DNA of 64,000 nucleotides from an uncultured bacterium (GTDB lineage: Bacteria; Abyssobacteria; SURF-5): the NCBI GenBank assembly GCA_964607485.1, contig CAZSKP010000013.1, positions 21,366 to 85,365 of the forward strand. The letters are read 5' to 3'. Positions 21,177-31,349 of this stretch are shown piece by piece (the first letter of the stretch is position 1; the number at the start of each line of letters is the position of its first letter). A program made the translations under genes and the position numbers. Below the pieces are notes generated by a model that saw only the letters and a program-made list of their open reading frames with translations, was not told the DNA's origin and ran no database searches.

Positions 21177-22400
21177 ATGAACAGACGCGAGCGGTGGATC
21201 ATCTTCCTGATGGGAAGCTGCCACACGATGGTGCATTTCTATGAGCAGATTTTCCCGGCGATTCTTCTGACGGTGGTTGCTTATTTCCAGATCGAACTCG
21301 CTACCGCCGGCTGGATGCAGACGTTTCTTGCGATGGCGTTCGGTCTGGGGGCGCTGCCGGCCGGCTACGTTGCCGACCGCATGGGCTCCAAGCGGATTAT
21401 CATGGTGTATCTCATAGGAGCGGCGCTTTCGTGCTTATTTATCTCGACCGCCCGTTCTCCGCTCGCGTTCGCCCTGGGACTCGCGGCGATGGGCGCGTTC
21501 ATCAGCCTGTACCATCCCGCCGGCACCACCCTGGTGACGACGCAGGTCAGGCAGGTCGGCAAGGCGCTCGGCTATCACGGTATGGGCGGAGGCCTGGGGG
21601 TGGCGGTCGCGCCGGCGCTGGCTACGCTGTTGGCGGCCGCTTCTCCGAAGTACGGGTGGCGGCTCTCCTTCGCGGTGTTCGGCTTGCTTGGCCTGTTGGT
21701 GGCGGCGGGCGTCGGAACGCTGAAAGTCTCCGAGGTTAAGTCCGAGAACTCTCGCGGCCGATTCTGGCCCGAACACCTCGCCAGCGGGTCGGCAAGGCCG
21801 CTCATCCTTTTCTTTTTCGTCGCGGTGATGATGGGCTTCTGTTATCGAGGGGTGATGACGTACCTTCCCACATATTTCTCGCAAAGGCTGAACGGCGGCG
21901 TGTTCGCGGGGCACGAAGTTCTCAAGGGAGGAACGTTTGCCACCTTAACGTTGCTCGTGGGCGTGGTGGGCCAGTTCATCGGCGGTCATCTTACCGTCCG
22001 ATACAGACTGGAAAGGCTCTTCGCATTCTTGATGATATTGACCGTGCCGCTCCTGTTCATGATGAGCGTGCTGTCGAACTACGCGCTCTTTTTCACGGCG
22101 ATGGCGTTCGCTTTCTTCCACTTCAGCACTCAGCCGGTCGGCAACAACCTCATCGCGCAATACACCGACCCGCGCGGACGGGGGTTGGGCTATGGACTCT
22201 ACTTTGCCATAGCGTTTGGCGTCGGCTCTCTTGCATCCGGCTTTTCCGGAATGATCGCAGACCGGTTCGGCCTCAACGAAGTATTCGCCTCGCTCGCGGC
22301 GGTCGTCTTCCTCGGCTTTCTCCTGATGCTGTATTTGGCGAAGACGCAGAGAGATCGCCCCGCCCCGGAGCTTGACGCCGGAACGAAGGGAATGCTATAA
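21177..22400 (+). CDS. MFS transporter (Fsr-like)
   Basis: About 12 TM segments, GYVADRMGSK motif A, YHPAG, GMIADRFG. Confidence 0.9.
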   Translation: MNRRERWIIFLMGSCHTMVHFYEQIFPAILLTVVAYFQIELATAGWMQTFLAMAFGLGALPAGYVADRMGSKRIIMVYLIGAALSCLFISTARSPLAFALGLAAMGAFISLYHPAGTTLVTTQVRQVGKALGYHGMGGGLGVAVAPALATLLAAASPKYGWRLSFAVFGLLGLLVAAGVGTLKVSEVKSENSRGRFWPEHLASGSARPLILFFFVAVMMGFCYRGVMTYLPTYFSQRLNGGVFAGHEVLKGGTFATLTLLVGVVGQFIGGHLTVRYRLERLFAFLMILTVPLLFMMSVLSNYALFFTAMAFAFFHFSTQPVGNNLIAQYTDPRGRGLGYGLYFAIAFGVGSLASGFSGMIADRFGLNEVFASLAAVVFLGFLLMLYLAKTQRDRPAPELDAGTKGML

Positions 22401-22447
22401 TTCGATGATAATCTAATTGTCATTCGCCGAAGGATGGGGGGAGCCGA

Positions 22448-22828
22448 GTGTCAGCCGCCGAAAGAGAATCCGGACTCACGGAGGCCGCACGCCTTTTCAG
22501 CGTGCTGGCCGAGCCTGCAAGGCTCAGGATCCTGCAACTGCTCCGGGATGGCTCGATGTGCGGGCGCGAGCTTGCCAGCGACCTGAATCTCACCCCTGCG
22601 ACCACCTGCCACCACCTCGAACGCCTGAAGTTGGCAAAGCTTCTTTCTGAGCGCCGCTCGGGGAGGCATGTGTATTACAGCATAAGCGACTCTGAGCTCG
22701 CGCGGGCCCTGAGACAATCGCTGGCGGCGCTGGAGAGCGAAGATGAGTCCCCTGGCCGCAGACAGGCCCAAAAGGGGGATGTGAAGAGACAGTCAAGACG
22801 GCGAGACGGCAAGCGGCCAAAGAAATAA
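22448..22828 (+). CDS. ArsR/SmtB family transcriptional regulator
   Basis: FSVLAEPARLRILQLL..MCGRELA..TTCHHLERLK..RSGRHVYYS. Confidence 0.88.
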   Translation: MSAAERESGLTEAARLFSVLAEPARLRILQLLRDGSMCGRELASDLNLTPATTCHHLERLKLAKLLSERRSGRHVYYSISDSELARALRQSLAALESEDESPGRRQAQKGDVKRQSRRRDGKRPKK

Positions 22829-22841
22829 TGGTTACAATCTG

Positions 22842-23648
22842 ATGAGTGACGAGGAAGCAAGAGGCTGCATCGAGACTCTCGATATAGAAGAATGTCGAGA
22901 TGGCGAGGACATCGCTTTTTTCGGCGAGATGGCGCACCGTACGGGCGGGCCGCTTCTCGAACTGGGGTGCGGCGCCGGCAGGCTCGCGATACCTATCGCC
23001 CGGAGCGGTATCCCGGTGACAGCCCTTGATAGTTCGGCCTCCGCGCTGGAACGGTTCAGAAGGAAGCTCGAGCATGAGCCGCCAGCGATTCGAAGCAGAA
23101 TCAGGCTGATTCGTGCGGACATGAGGCGATTCTCGTTGAAGGAAAGGTTCCGGTGCGCAATCTGCTCGTCGAACACGCTTCTGTTGCTGGCGTCGGAGAG
23201 CGCTATCGCCGAAGCACTCGCCTGTGTCGGCTCGCATCTTGAACCGGGTGGAATCATTGTCATCGACGTTGCCGCAATCGACGAAGAGATGAGGGCCGCG
23301 CTCATGCGCTATCCGGGCGAAACGATTCCCGATTTGGTATTTTCTGGGGAATCGGACGAACATCCGCTCATGAGGGCTCACAGCGTCAAGCCTGGCAGCG
23401 CCGAAGCGCGCGGAGTTGGAACGACCCCGCGCGCCGGCGGCATTTCGATAAGATACGAATATTTCGATGACCGTGGCGGCTTACGCGCCCAACGCCGCGA
23501 GGACCTTGTCCTTTTGACTCCGGCGGAGTTGCTGCGTCTCCTGAACGAGCAGGGGTTCGAAGTCGTCGAGAAATTCGGCTGGTACGACCGCCGCCCATTT
23601 TCGGAGTCCGAACGCAAGCTGCTGGTGGCTGCCCGAAGACTGAAGTGA
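22842..23648 (+). CDS. Class I SAM-dependent methyltransferase
   Basis: LELGCGAGR, ALDSS, ADMRRF, LEPGG. Confidence 0.85.
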   Translation: MSDEEARGCIETLDIEECRDGEDIAFFGEMAHRTGGPLLELGCGAGRLAIPIARSGIPVTALDSSASALERFRRKLEHEPPAIRSRIRLIRADMRRFSLKERFRCAICSSNTLLLLASESAIAEALACVGSHLEPGGIIVIDVAAIDEEMRAALMRYPGETIPDLVFSGESDEHPLMRAHSVKPGSAEARGVGTTPRAGGISIRYEYFDDRGGLRAQRREDLVLLTPAELLRLLNEQGFEVVEKFGWYDRRPFSESERKLLVAARRLK

Positions 23649-24352
23649 ATGCGATGATGAGGTCCAGACATAAAGTGATATATTTCGATTTGGACGGGAC
23701 CCTGGTGGATTACGAGTCCGATGCATGCCACGCGTTTGGCAAGGCACGCGAGCATGCGCTCGAGAGCTATCCGCACCTGGCCGGCAATCTGACCGACAAC
23801 GTGTTCAAGCGTGCTCGCGAGGCGACGTACATCCAATACGGCGACACCGGCATCCCTCTCGCGGATTGGTACATGGAGTGCATGCGCGCCGTCCTCGAGT
23901 CGGCGGACGTGTTCGACATACAACTTGCGAGCCGCATGGGACAGCTGTACGGACTTTTCCGGAACACCGTGCTCAGCGTGTTTGAGGACGCGCTTGAGGT
24001 TGTGCCTAGATTGGCGGGTTCGTACAAGCTCGGTCTCATCTCGAATGGGTCAAGCAAAATTCAAAAGCTTCAGATTGCGGATTTTATTACGTACTCCGTC
24101 TACGCCCGCGAGGTGGGCCACGAAAAACCGGCGCCGGAGATTTTCCATGCGGCCGCCGAGGTCGCCGGGTGCAGCGACGGCGAAATTCTTTACGTGGGCG
24201 ACGGCCAATACACGGACATTCTCGGCGCGAAGAATGCCGGCATCGAAATGGTGTGGATCAACCGCGCGCGTCAGGAGCTGTTGCAGGGCATCCCTCGACC
24301 CGACCATGAGATACATGATTTGCGCGACCTTTTTGAGATAGCGCCGATCTGA
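23645..24352 (+). CDS. HAD-superfamily hydrolase (subfamily IA)
   Basis: FDLDGTL, ISNG, EKPAPEIF, YVGDGQYTDILGA; GTGA overlap with the upstream stop. Confidence 0.9.
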   Translation: MNAMMRSRHKVIYFDLDGTLVDYESDACHAFGKAREHALESYPHLAGNLTDNVFKRAREATYIQYGDTGIPLADWYMECMRAVLESADVFDIQLASRMGQLYGLFRNTVLSVFEDALEVVPRLAGSYKLGLISNGSSKIQKLQIADFITYSVYAREVGHEKPAPEIFHAAAEVAGCSDGEILYVGDGQYTDILGAKNAGIEMVWINRARQELLQGIPRPDHEIHDLRDLFEIAPI

Positions 24353-24365
24353 GGAGAAGAGGTCG

Positions 24366-25196
24366 ATGAAGTTTACAAAAATGCATGGGCTGGGCAACGA
24401 TTTCGTTGTCGTGGACGGTTTCTCGGAACGCGTCGCGGATGCGGAGCGACTGACCGTTGAGATATGCGACCGCCGGACGGGAGTCGGCGCCGACGGCCTC
24501 ATCGTCATCATGCCCTCGGATAAGGCCGAGTTCCGGATGCACTACATCAATTCCGACGGCAGCCTCGCCGAGATGTGCGGCAACGGCATCCGCTGCCTGT
24601 CCAAGTATGTGTACGAGCACGGGCTCACCCGGAAGACGGAGTTCGTGGTCGAGACGCTCGGCGGAATGAATCGCCAGGTATTGGCCGTGGAGGACGGCCT
24701 CGTGGTTGGGGTCAGCGTGGACATGGGCGCGCCCCAGTTCCTGCGGTCGGAAATACCCATGCTCGGCGAGAACGCGAAAGTTGTGAACGAGCCGTTGGAC
24801 GTGGACGGAAAAGTGTACAAGATCACCGCCTTGTCCACGAGCAACCCGCACGCCGTCATCTTCGTCGACGATGTCGAGAACGCGCCGGTCACAGAGCTCG
24901 GCCCGAAGATCGAACGTCATCCGTCTTTTCCCAATCGCACCAACGTGGAGTTTGTTCACGTCCTCGACAGAGACAACATACGCATGAGAATCTGGGAACG
25001 CGGATGCGGCGAGACGCTTGCCTCCGGGAGCGGCTCTTCGGCGTCCGCGGTGGCCTCGATCATAAACGGTTTCACCGGGAGAGAAGTAAACGTGCACGTA
25101 CGCCTCGGAGTGCTGAAGATTGCCTGGCCCGAAGGCGGCGACATCACGATGACCGGCCCGGCAACGGAAGTTTTCGCGGGCGAGTGGCCCGATTGA
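24366..25196 (+). CDS. dapF: Diaminopimelate epimerase
   Basis: FTKMHGLGNDF, EMCGNGIRC, NPHAV, WERGCGETLASGSG (the second catalytic Cys appears as Ser). Confidence 0.93.
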   Translation: MKFTKMHGLGNDFVVVDGFSERVADAERLTVEICDRRTGVGADGLIVIMPSDKAEFRMHYINSDGSLAEMCGNGIRCLSKYVYEHGLTRKTEFVVETLGGMNRQVLAVEDGLVVGVSVDMGAPQFLRSEIPMLGENAKVVNEPLDVDGKVYKITALSTSNPHAVIFVDDVENAPVTELGPKIERHPSFPNRTNVEFVHVLDRDNIRMRIWERGCGETLASGSGSSASAVASIINGFTGREVNVHVRLGVLKIAWPEGGDITMTGPATEVFAGEWPD

Positions 25197-25206
25197 GGAC
25201 CGACAC

Positions 25207-25995
25207 ATGCCTCGCTCGCCTGAACCGACAACACGAATCGATTATGATGCAATATCCGCCAGGTACGACGACTTTCGCGGAGCCGGCACTGAGTTGGCCG
25301 AGATCATACTGGCCGAGGCAGGGACGGCGCCGGGGATGCGAATTCTCGACGTAGGCTGCGGAACCGGCAACGTCGCCGCCGCGCTCGCGAGGCTGGCGGA
25401 CCCGAACATCGTGGGCTTGGACCGTTCGACCGGGATGTTGAACGCAGCGAGGACTAAGCTTCCGGATGCATCATGGATACAGGCCGATTCCGCCGCCCTC
25501 CCGCTGCGCGCGGGGGCGTTCGACTGCGTTCTCATGATTTATCTGCTGCATCACGTTGCGGATTTCGCGTCCGTCATTCAGGATGCTTACAGGCTGCTTC
25601 GCCACGGGCCGCTGATTGTGCTGACCGTGTCCCATAAACAGATAGATGAGAGCTTTGCATGTCGTTTTTTCCCCAGTTATGCGGGGATAGACAAAGCCCG
25701 GTTTCCCACAATCCCGGCGATCATAGAAGCGATGCAGAGAGCCGGTTTCTCTGATGTAACGAGTCGGACAGTCAACATCGCAATCGCAAGAGTGACGTTC
25801 GATGAAAACTACCTGAAAAAGGTCGAGAACAAGCATGTCTCCACATACTATCTCATGAGCGAGGAAGAATTTCGCCGCGGGCTGGAACAGATGCGCGAAT
25901 ACGTTCGCGAACATGCAGGCGAGCCGCCTCTGGACCACATGGGAACGCTGATTGTGGGGAGGAAGAGCAGGGAGGCTGTCCCGAAGAATCCCTGA
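25207..25995 (+). CDS. Class I SAM-dependent methyltransferase
   Basis: [34 protein letters not shown]. Confidence 0.88.
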   Translation: MPRSPEPTTRIDYDAISARYDDFRGAGTELAEIILAEAGTAPGMRILDVGCGTGNVAAALARLADPNIVGLDRSTGMLNAARTKLPDASWIQADSAALPLRAGAFDCVLMIYLLHHVADFASVIQDAYRLLRHGPLIVLTVSHKQIDESFACRFFPSYAGIDKARFPTIPAIIEAMQRAGFSDVTSRTVNIAIARVTFDENYLKKVENKHVSTYYLMSEEEFRRGLEQMREYVREHAGEPPLDHMGTLIVGRKSREAVPKNP

Positions 25996-26081
25996 GTTTC
26001 CACCATTTCCGGGTGAGCCGGAAAGTCATGAACCACCGTCCGCGCGTTAAGAACGATGAAGAGCGAAGGAAGAAGAAGAAA

Positions 26082-27218
26082 ATGCCAAAGAAGATAAGAA
26101 TCGGAGTAATTTTTGGCGGACGTTCCGGGGAACACGAAGTCTCCGTTGTTTCGGCCCAGTCGGTAATGAAAGCATTGGCCAAGAGTAAATACGATATTAT
26201 CCCGATTGGTATTACCAAGGAAGGCAAGTGGTTAGCCGGTCCCCAGGCAGTTGAGTTCTTGAAGGAAGGTCTGCAAAGAACGGCAAATAAGGCTATTCTG
26301 CCGCCAGACCCAACAGAAAAGGGAATTATTAACGTCAGTCAACGTAACAACGCGGTGACTAAAATTGAAGCCACCAGCCACATCGACGTAATGTTTCCAG
26401 TCTTGCATGGCCCTTACGGTGAAGATGGCACGATTCAGGGTTTGTTGGAGTTAGCCAATATCCCATATGTTGGAGCTGGTGTTTTGGGTTCAGCTGTTGG
26501 CATGGATAAGGTTATCCAGAAGATGATTTTTGAGCAAGCCAAATTGCCGATCGTAAGATACTACTGGTTTCTAAGCTCGGAGTGGGGCAAAAATCAAATT
26601 GATATCTTACGACGCATAGAAGAAAGACTAAAATATCCTGTTTTTGTCAAACCCGTCAATTTGGGTTCGTCGGTCGGCATTTCCAAAGCAGGGGATAGGG
26701 GCGCCTTGATCAAAGCCGTCAATCTAGCGATTGAGTTTGATAGGAAAATAATCGTCGAAGCCGCGGCTTTGAATGCGCGTGAAATTGAAGTTTCAGTCTT
26801 GGGTAATGATAAGCCACAGGCCTCAGTGCCGGGAGAAATCATACCTTCCAATGAGTTTTATGATTATAACGCCAAGTATGTTGACGGTGCATCGACAGAC
26901 CAAATTCCGGCTAAGCTACCGAAGAATGTTATTAAGGAAATCCAGAAGATCGCCGTTGAAGCTTTCAGAGCCCTTGATTTGTGCGGTATGGCCAGGGTTG
27001 ATTTTTTTGTAAAGAGGGGTAGCAACCGGATACTCTTAAATGAAGTAAACACAATTCCTGGTTTTACCTCGATTAGTATGTATGCGAAACTCTGGGCGGC
27101 TTCCGGGCTGGCCTACGATAGATTGCTGGACGAATTGGTTGAGTTAGCCTTTGAACGCCATCGCGAAAAAAATCAACTTAGAACATCCTTTGATTCAGGT
27201 AGTGATTGGTACAAGTAA
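26082..27218 (+). CDS. ddl: D-alanine--D-alanine ligase (DdlA-type)
   Basis: [52 protein letters not shown]. Start ATG26082; noticeably AT-rich codons. Confidence 0.96.
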   Translation: MPKKIRIGVIFGGRSGEHEVSVVSAQSVMKALAKSKYDIIPIGITKEGKWLAGPQAVEFLKEGLQRTANKAILPPDPTEKGIINVSQRNNAVTKIEATSHIDVMFPVLHGPYGEDGTIQGLLELANIPYVGAGVLGSAVGMDKVIQKMIFEQAKLPIVRYYWFLSSEWGKNQIDILRRIEERLKYPVFVKPVNLGSSVGISKAGDRGALIKAVNLAIEFDRKIIVEAAALNAREIEVSVLGNDKPQASVPGEIIPSNEFYDYNAKYVDGASTDQIPAKLPKNVIKEIQKIAVEAFRALDLCGMARVDFFVKRGSNRILLNEVNTIPGFTSISMYAKLWAASGLAYDRLLDELVELAFERHREKNQLRTSFDSGSDWYK

Positions 27219-27271
27219 CATGAATTCCGAAAATTATATCTTAGGCTAAGACCATATCATCACCGTGGCAT

Positions 27272-27862
27272 GTGAAACTCACCGCTCGAAGAAGATATGC
27301 GTGGACCGTTGAAGTGTGGAATTCGAAGCCTGTCGTAGCAATTTTTGGTAGCTCTCAGACCATCGAAGGCGATGAGCAGTATGAGCAGGCGCGACAGCTC
27401 GGTCGGCTGCTTGCCCGCTCCGGACTCGTCGTGTGCAACGGCGGCTACGGCGGCGTCATGGAAGCCAGCTCTCGCGGCGCCTCCGAAATGAAGGGTGTCT
27501 CGATAGGGCTGACCCTGACGGTGTTTGGCGATAAGGAGGCCAATCCTTTCGTCACGCGTGAGATAAAGAACGCGACATTGTTCGAACGCCTTGCGAATTT
27601 TCTGGGACTCGCCGAAGCGTTCGTGGTCTTGAAGGGCGGCGTGGGCACGCTCGCGGAGCTTTCCACCGTATGGAACCTGATGCAGACGCGCTCGCTCGGC
27701 CCGAGGCCATTCGTCTTTGTCGGCCGGGGCTGGTCGAAGCTATTCGAGAACCTCCGACAGGACATGGAAATTCGGGACAAGGACCTGAAGTTGTTGCACA
27801 TCGTCTCGACGTCGAATGAGGCGGTCGAAATTATCAGAAACCATCTGCACATAAGCTCATGA
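27272..27862 (+). CDS. LOG family (Rossmann-fold nucleotide-binding) protein
   Basis: AIFGSS, NGGYGGVMEA, LFER, KGGVGTLAEL. Start uncertain. Confidence 0.85.
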   Translation: MKLTARRRYAWTVEVWNSKPVVAIFGSSQTIEGDEQYEQARQLGRLLARSGLVVCNGGYGGVMEASSRGASEMKGVSIGLTLTVFGDKEANPFVTREIKNATLFERLANFLGLAEAFVVLKGGVGTLAELSTVWNLMQTRSLGPRPFVFVGRGWSKLFENLRQDMEIRDKDLKLLHIVSTSNEAVEIIRNHLHISS

Positions 27863-28659
27863 GAAAGGTAATCTCCGCCAGCAGACGAATTGATATGGTC
27901 GCATGTTTTCCCGACGAGCTGGTTCGTCTGCTGGGGGAAAAGTGCCCGCCCGACCAGACCCACACGGTTGTCCTCTGGACGAAGAACCCGACGAACCTGC
28001 TCGAACATGACGCCCTCCGGAGCTGCTGCGCGCAGTACCCGCTCTTCGTCCACTTCACCATTACCGGCATGGGCGCCACGATGTTTGAGCCCAACGTGCC
28101 TCCGGCTCGGCAGATGCTGGCGCTTCTCGCGCCGTTGGCGGAGTACGTCGGCAGTCCCGCCCGGATACGGATACGGTTCGACCCGATAGTGCATCTGCTC
28201 ATGCCCGACGGCGACACATTCTGCAACCTCGCCGACTTCGAATCCGTCGCCGCCGAGGCCGCCGGGCATGGCATACGCGATGTTTCCATAAGCTGGATGG
28301 CGACGTACAAGAAGGTCGTCTCCCGGCTCCGCGCTCACGGCGTCTCTCCGGCTCCTGTCTCTCAAGAGCGGTGGAGAGAGGAGTTGGCCTGGCTCACCGA
28401 TACGGCAGCCCGGCGCTCGATAGCGCTGCACGGCTGTTGTGTGCCCGGCATGCCGGTCTCGCGCTGCATCGACGGCCAACTGCTTGAAGAGTTGCATCCC
28501 GAACGCCTGCCCTGCTCGACAAAGAAAGCGAAGGGCCAGCGGGCCGCCTGTGGATGCACGGAGAGTCTCGACATCGGCTGGTATAACCCGTGTCCGCACG
28601 GGTGCATGTACTGCTACGCCAACCCTGCGCCCATCCCGGAGCACGCTCATGAGCATTGA
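27859..28659 (+). CDS. DUF1848 family protein
   Basis: ISASRRIDM, WTKNP, RFDPI, C-terminal QRAACGCTESLDIG.YNPCPHGCMYCYA. Confidence 0.85.
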   Translation: MRKVISASRRIDMVACFPDELVRLLGEKCPPDQTHTVVLWTKNPTNLLEHDALRSCCAQYPLFVHFTITGMGATMFEPNVPPARQMLALLAPLAEYVGSPARIRIRFDPIVHLLMPDGDTFCNLADFESVAAEAAGHGIRDVSISWMATYKKVVSRLRAHGVSPAPVSQERWREELAWLTDTAARRSIALHGCCVPGMPVSRCIDGQLLEELHPERLPCSTKKAKGQRAACGCTESLDIGWYNPCPHGCMYCYANPAPIPEHAHEH

Positions 28660-30043
28660 GCCCGCAACAATCGGCAAACTCCGCGAGATACTCGGCGAGA
28701 ACCTCTTCGATTCGATTGAGAAGCGGATCGCCTATTCGTCGGACGCCTCGAAGATGGCTGGCGAGCTTCCCGACCTGATAGCGAGGCCGACGACGACCGA
28801 CCAGGTGGCGGGCATCCTGAGCGTCGCCGATGCAAACAGAATTCCCGTGTATGCGCGCGGCGCAGGCTCGGGCCTCACCGGGGGCGCCGTGCCGGTGCGA
28901 GGCGGAATCGTTCTCGACTTCGAGCTGATGAACAAGATACTCGAAATAGACGCCGATAACATGACGGCGCTGGTACAGCCGGGGGTCGTGACGGCGGACC
29001 TCCAGGAGCGCGCGCAGAAGCTGGGACTGTTCTATCCGCCCGACCCGGCGAGCAGCGATTTCTGCACCATCGGCGGAAACGTGTCCGAAAACTCCGGCGG
29101 ATTGCGCGGAGCGAAGTACGGGTCCACGCGCGAATATGTCATGGCGCTCGAGGTCGTCCTCGCCAACGGAGAGGTGATTCGCGTGGGCACGGGCGCGCCG
29201 AAGAGCGTGACCGGCTACGACCTTGTCAGGCTGTTGGTGGGGTCGGAGGGAACCCTCGGCGTGTTCACGGAAATACTGCTCAGGCTCATTCCCTTGCCGG
29301 AGCATGTCGAGACGGTGCAGGCGAATTTTCCCGAGGTCGGGCAGGCGGCCTCCTCGGTGTGTTCCATGTTCTCAGCAGGCATCATACCCCGCGCGGCGGA
29401 GCTGATGGACGAGCAGGCGGTCGAGTGCGTCCGCCGATACAGGACTTCCTATACGTTGCCCGGCGAAGGAGTCTTCTGCCTGTTCGAGGTCGACGGCCCC
29501 CGCTCGGTGGTGCTCGAGCAGGCCGAACGGGTCATGCGGATTTGCAGAGAAAACGGCGCGACGGCGGTCAAGCAGGCGGCCTCGGAGGAGGAGAGGGAGC
29601 ATTTCTGGTCGGCCCGTCGCGCGATTTCTCCGGCGCTCTATCAGTTGGGCTTGGCGAAGATCAACGAAGACATATGCGTTCCCCGTACCCGGCTGGCCGA
29701 GATACTGGAGAGAATTGGGGAAATCGGTCGCCGCCACGCACTGCGGATAGTGAACTTCGGCCACATCGGCGACGGCAGCCTTCATGTCAATGTGATACTC
29801 GAACGCGAGGACGAGGAGCTTCAGAAGAAGGCCGAGGAGGCTGTGGCCGAGATTTTCGCCGCCGTTATCTCGATGGGCGGAACACTTTCGTCGGAACACG
29901 GCATAGGCCTGACGAAGGCGCGGTTTCTCGGCATGGAGACGGGCAAGAGGGAAATGGCCATGATGGCCCGGATAAAGAGGGCCTTCGACCCCAACGGCAT
30001 CCTGAATCCCGGAAAGTTCATCGATGTGTCCCCTGGGGAATAA
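28649..30043 (+). CDS. FAD-linked 2-hydroxyacid oxidase/dehydrogenase (GlcD-like)
   Basis: RGAGSGLTGG, YPPDPAS, TIGGNVSENSGG, GSEGTLG, FGHIGDGSLH, EHGIG, DPNGILNPGK. Start ATG28649. Confidence 0.93.
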   Translation: MSIEPATIGKLREILGENLFDSIEKRIAYSSDASKMAGELPDLIARPTTTDQVAGILSVADANRIPVYARGAGSGLTGGAVPVRGGIVLDFELMNKILEIDADNMTALVQPGVVTADLQERAQKLGLFYPPDPASSDFCTIGGNVSENSGGLRGAKYGSTREYVMALEVVLANGEVIRVGTGAPKSVTGYDLVRLLVGSEGTLGVFTEILLRLIPLPEHVETVQANFPEVGQAASSVCSMFSAGIIPRAAELMDEQAVECVRRYRTSYTLPGEGVFCLFEVDGPRSVVLEQAERVMRICRENGATAVKQAASEEEREHFWSARRAISPALYQLGLAKINEDICVPRTRLAEILERIGEIGRRHALRIVNFGHIGDGSLHVNVILEREDEELQKKAEEAVAEIFAAVISMGGTLSSEHGIGLTKARFLGMETGKREMAMMARIKRAFDPNGILNPGKFIDVSPGE

Positions 30044-31268
30044 TGAACCGAATTCGGCCGCCGAGGAATTAGAGAAGTGCGCCCGCTGCGGCAAGTGCAG
30101 GTCGGTGTGCCCGGTGTTTACGGAACTCAAGGACGAGGCCTTCGTCGCGAGAGGCCGCATAAGACTGTTCGAGGCGCTCAGCCGGGGCGAGATATCCGCG
30201 TCGCCCGAGCTGCGGAAAATCATGTCGGCGTGTCTCATGTGCCAGAGATGCAGCGAGATATGCCCCTCCGGCGTCGAATTCATGCAGGTGCTCAAGGCCG
30301 CTCGCGAGCGCCTGGCAAGGGAGATGGGACTTCCCTTCGGTTCATCCTTCGTTCTCCGGCACGTCATTACCAGACGCTGGCTGTTTGACCTCGCGATACG
30401 CGCAGCCTCGCTCGTTCAGCGGACGATTCCCGGCAAGAGGAAGGGCAACCTGCGGCATCTCCCCCTCTTTTTCAAGGGCGGCAAATGGATTCCCCCGATA
30501 TCGAGAAATCCCGCGCTTCGGCGCTATTCAGAGCCAGTAAGAGTGCCCGACGCGAAAGCGCGCGTCGCGCTGTTCGTTGGGTGCCTGACGAATTATGTCT
30601 ACCCGGAAATTGTCGGCGCCACCGTCAGGCTGCTGCAAAAGGCGGGGGTTGAGACGGTAGTGCCGACATCGCAACTGTGCTGCGGCACGCCGGCGTCCGC
30701 GTTCGGCGACATCGACGCCGCCAGAGAGCTTGCCCGGCGAAACAGAGAATGCTTCGAATCGGCGGACTGCGATTTCATTGTCACGGTGTGCGCTTCGTGC
30801 GGGCGAACACTGAAGAAAGAGTATGCGGACCTTCTGGGTTCCGGCGGCTCGGCATTCCGCGTTCCGGTGCTCGATGTGTGCGAATTTGTTTATGCCCACA
30901 CCGACATGAAGTTTGAGCGGCAGGCGGACAAGGTCTCCTACCACGACCCCTGCCATCTGCGCTGGGGCCTCGGCGTGGAAAAAGAACCCCGAAGGCTGCT
31001 CGAGCGTTCGTGCCGATTCGAAGAAATTCGGGATGGCATGTATTGCTGCGGCCAAGCGGGGACGTTCCACGTCTTCTATCCCGAGATCGCGCAGATGATA
31101 GGCCGCAGGAAGATAGAGTCCATTCGCTCTCTCGGCGCGTCCGAGGTAGCAACCGGCTGCCCCGGCTGCATCCTGCAGCTCAACGACTTGATGGCCGAAG
31201 CGGGACTCGAGAAGAGGGCGCTGCATACGGTCGAAGTCCTGGCGCGGTCCGTCCTGGCGAGTGGATAG
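30024..31268 (+). CDS. Fe-S subunit with CCG domains (GlcF-like)
   Basis: CARCGKCRSVCP, CLMCQRCSEICP, LCCG, YHDPCHL, CCGQAG, CPGC. Confidence 0.92.
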   Translation: MCPLGNNEPNSAAEELEKCARCGKCRSVCPVFTELKDEAFVARGRIRLFEALSRGEISASPELRKIMSACLMCQRCSEICPSGVEFMQVLKAARERLAREMGLPFGSSFVLRHVITRRWLFDLAIRAASLVQRTIPGKRKGNLRHLPLFFKGGKWIPPISRNPALRRYSEPVRVPDAKARVALFVGCLTNYVYPEIVGATVRLLQKAGVETVVPTSQLCCGTPASAFGDIDAARELARRNRECFESADCDFIVTVCASCGRTLKKEYADLLGSGGSAFRVPVLDVCEFVYAHTDMKFERQADKVSYHDPCHLRWGLGVEKEPRRLLERSCRFEEIRDGMYCCGQAGTFHVFYPEIAQMIGRRKIESIRSLGASEVATGCPGCILQLNDLMAEAGLEKRALHTVEVLARSVLASG

Positions 31269-31349
31269 TTTCTTTCACCGGCGTCGGCCTCGATTGCCTT
31301 TCCGGTTTCGGTGAAAAAGGGGAGGACGAGGGACTGTGTGAGCAATCGC

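Noticed and set aside
26082-27218. Van-type D-Ala-D-Lac ligase (resistance gene)
   Set aside because: The omega loop YDYNAKY is of the D-Ala-D-Ala type and there are no vanH/X/R/S neighbours.
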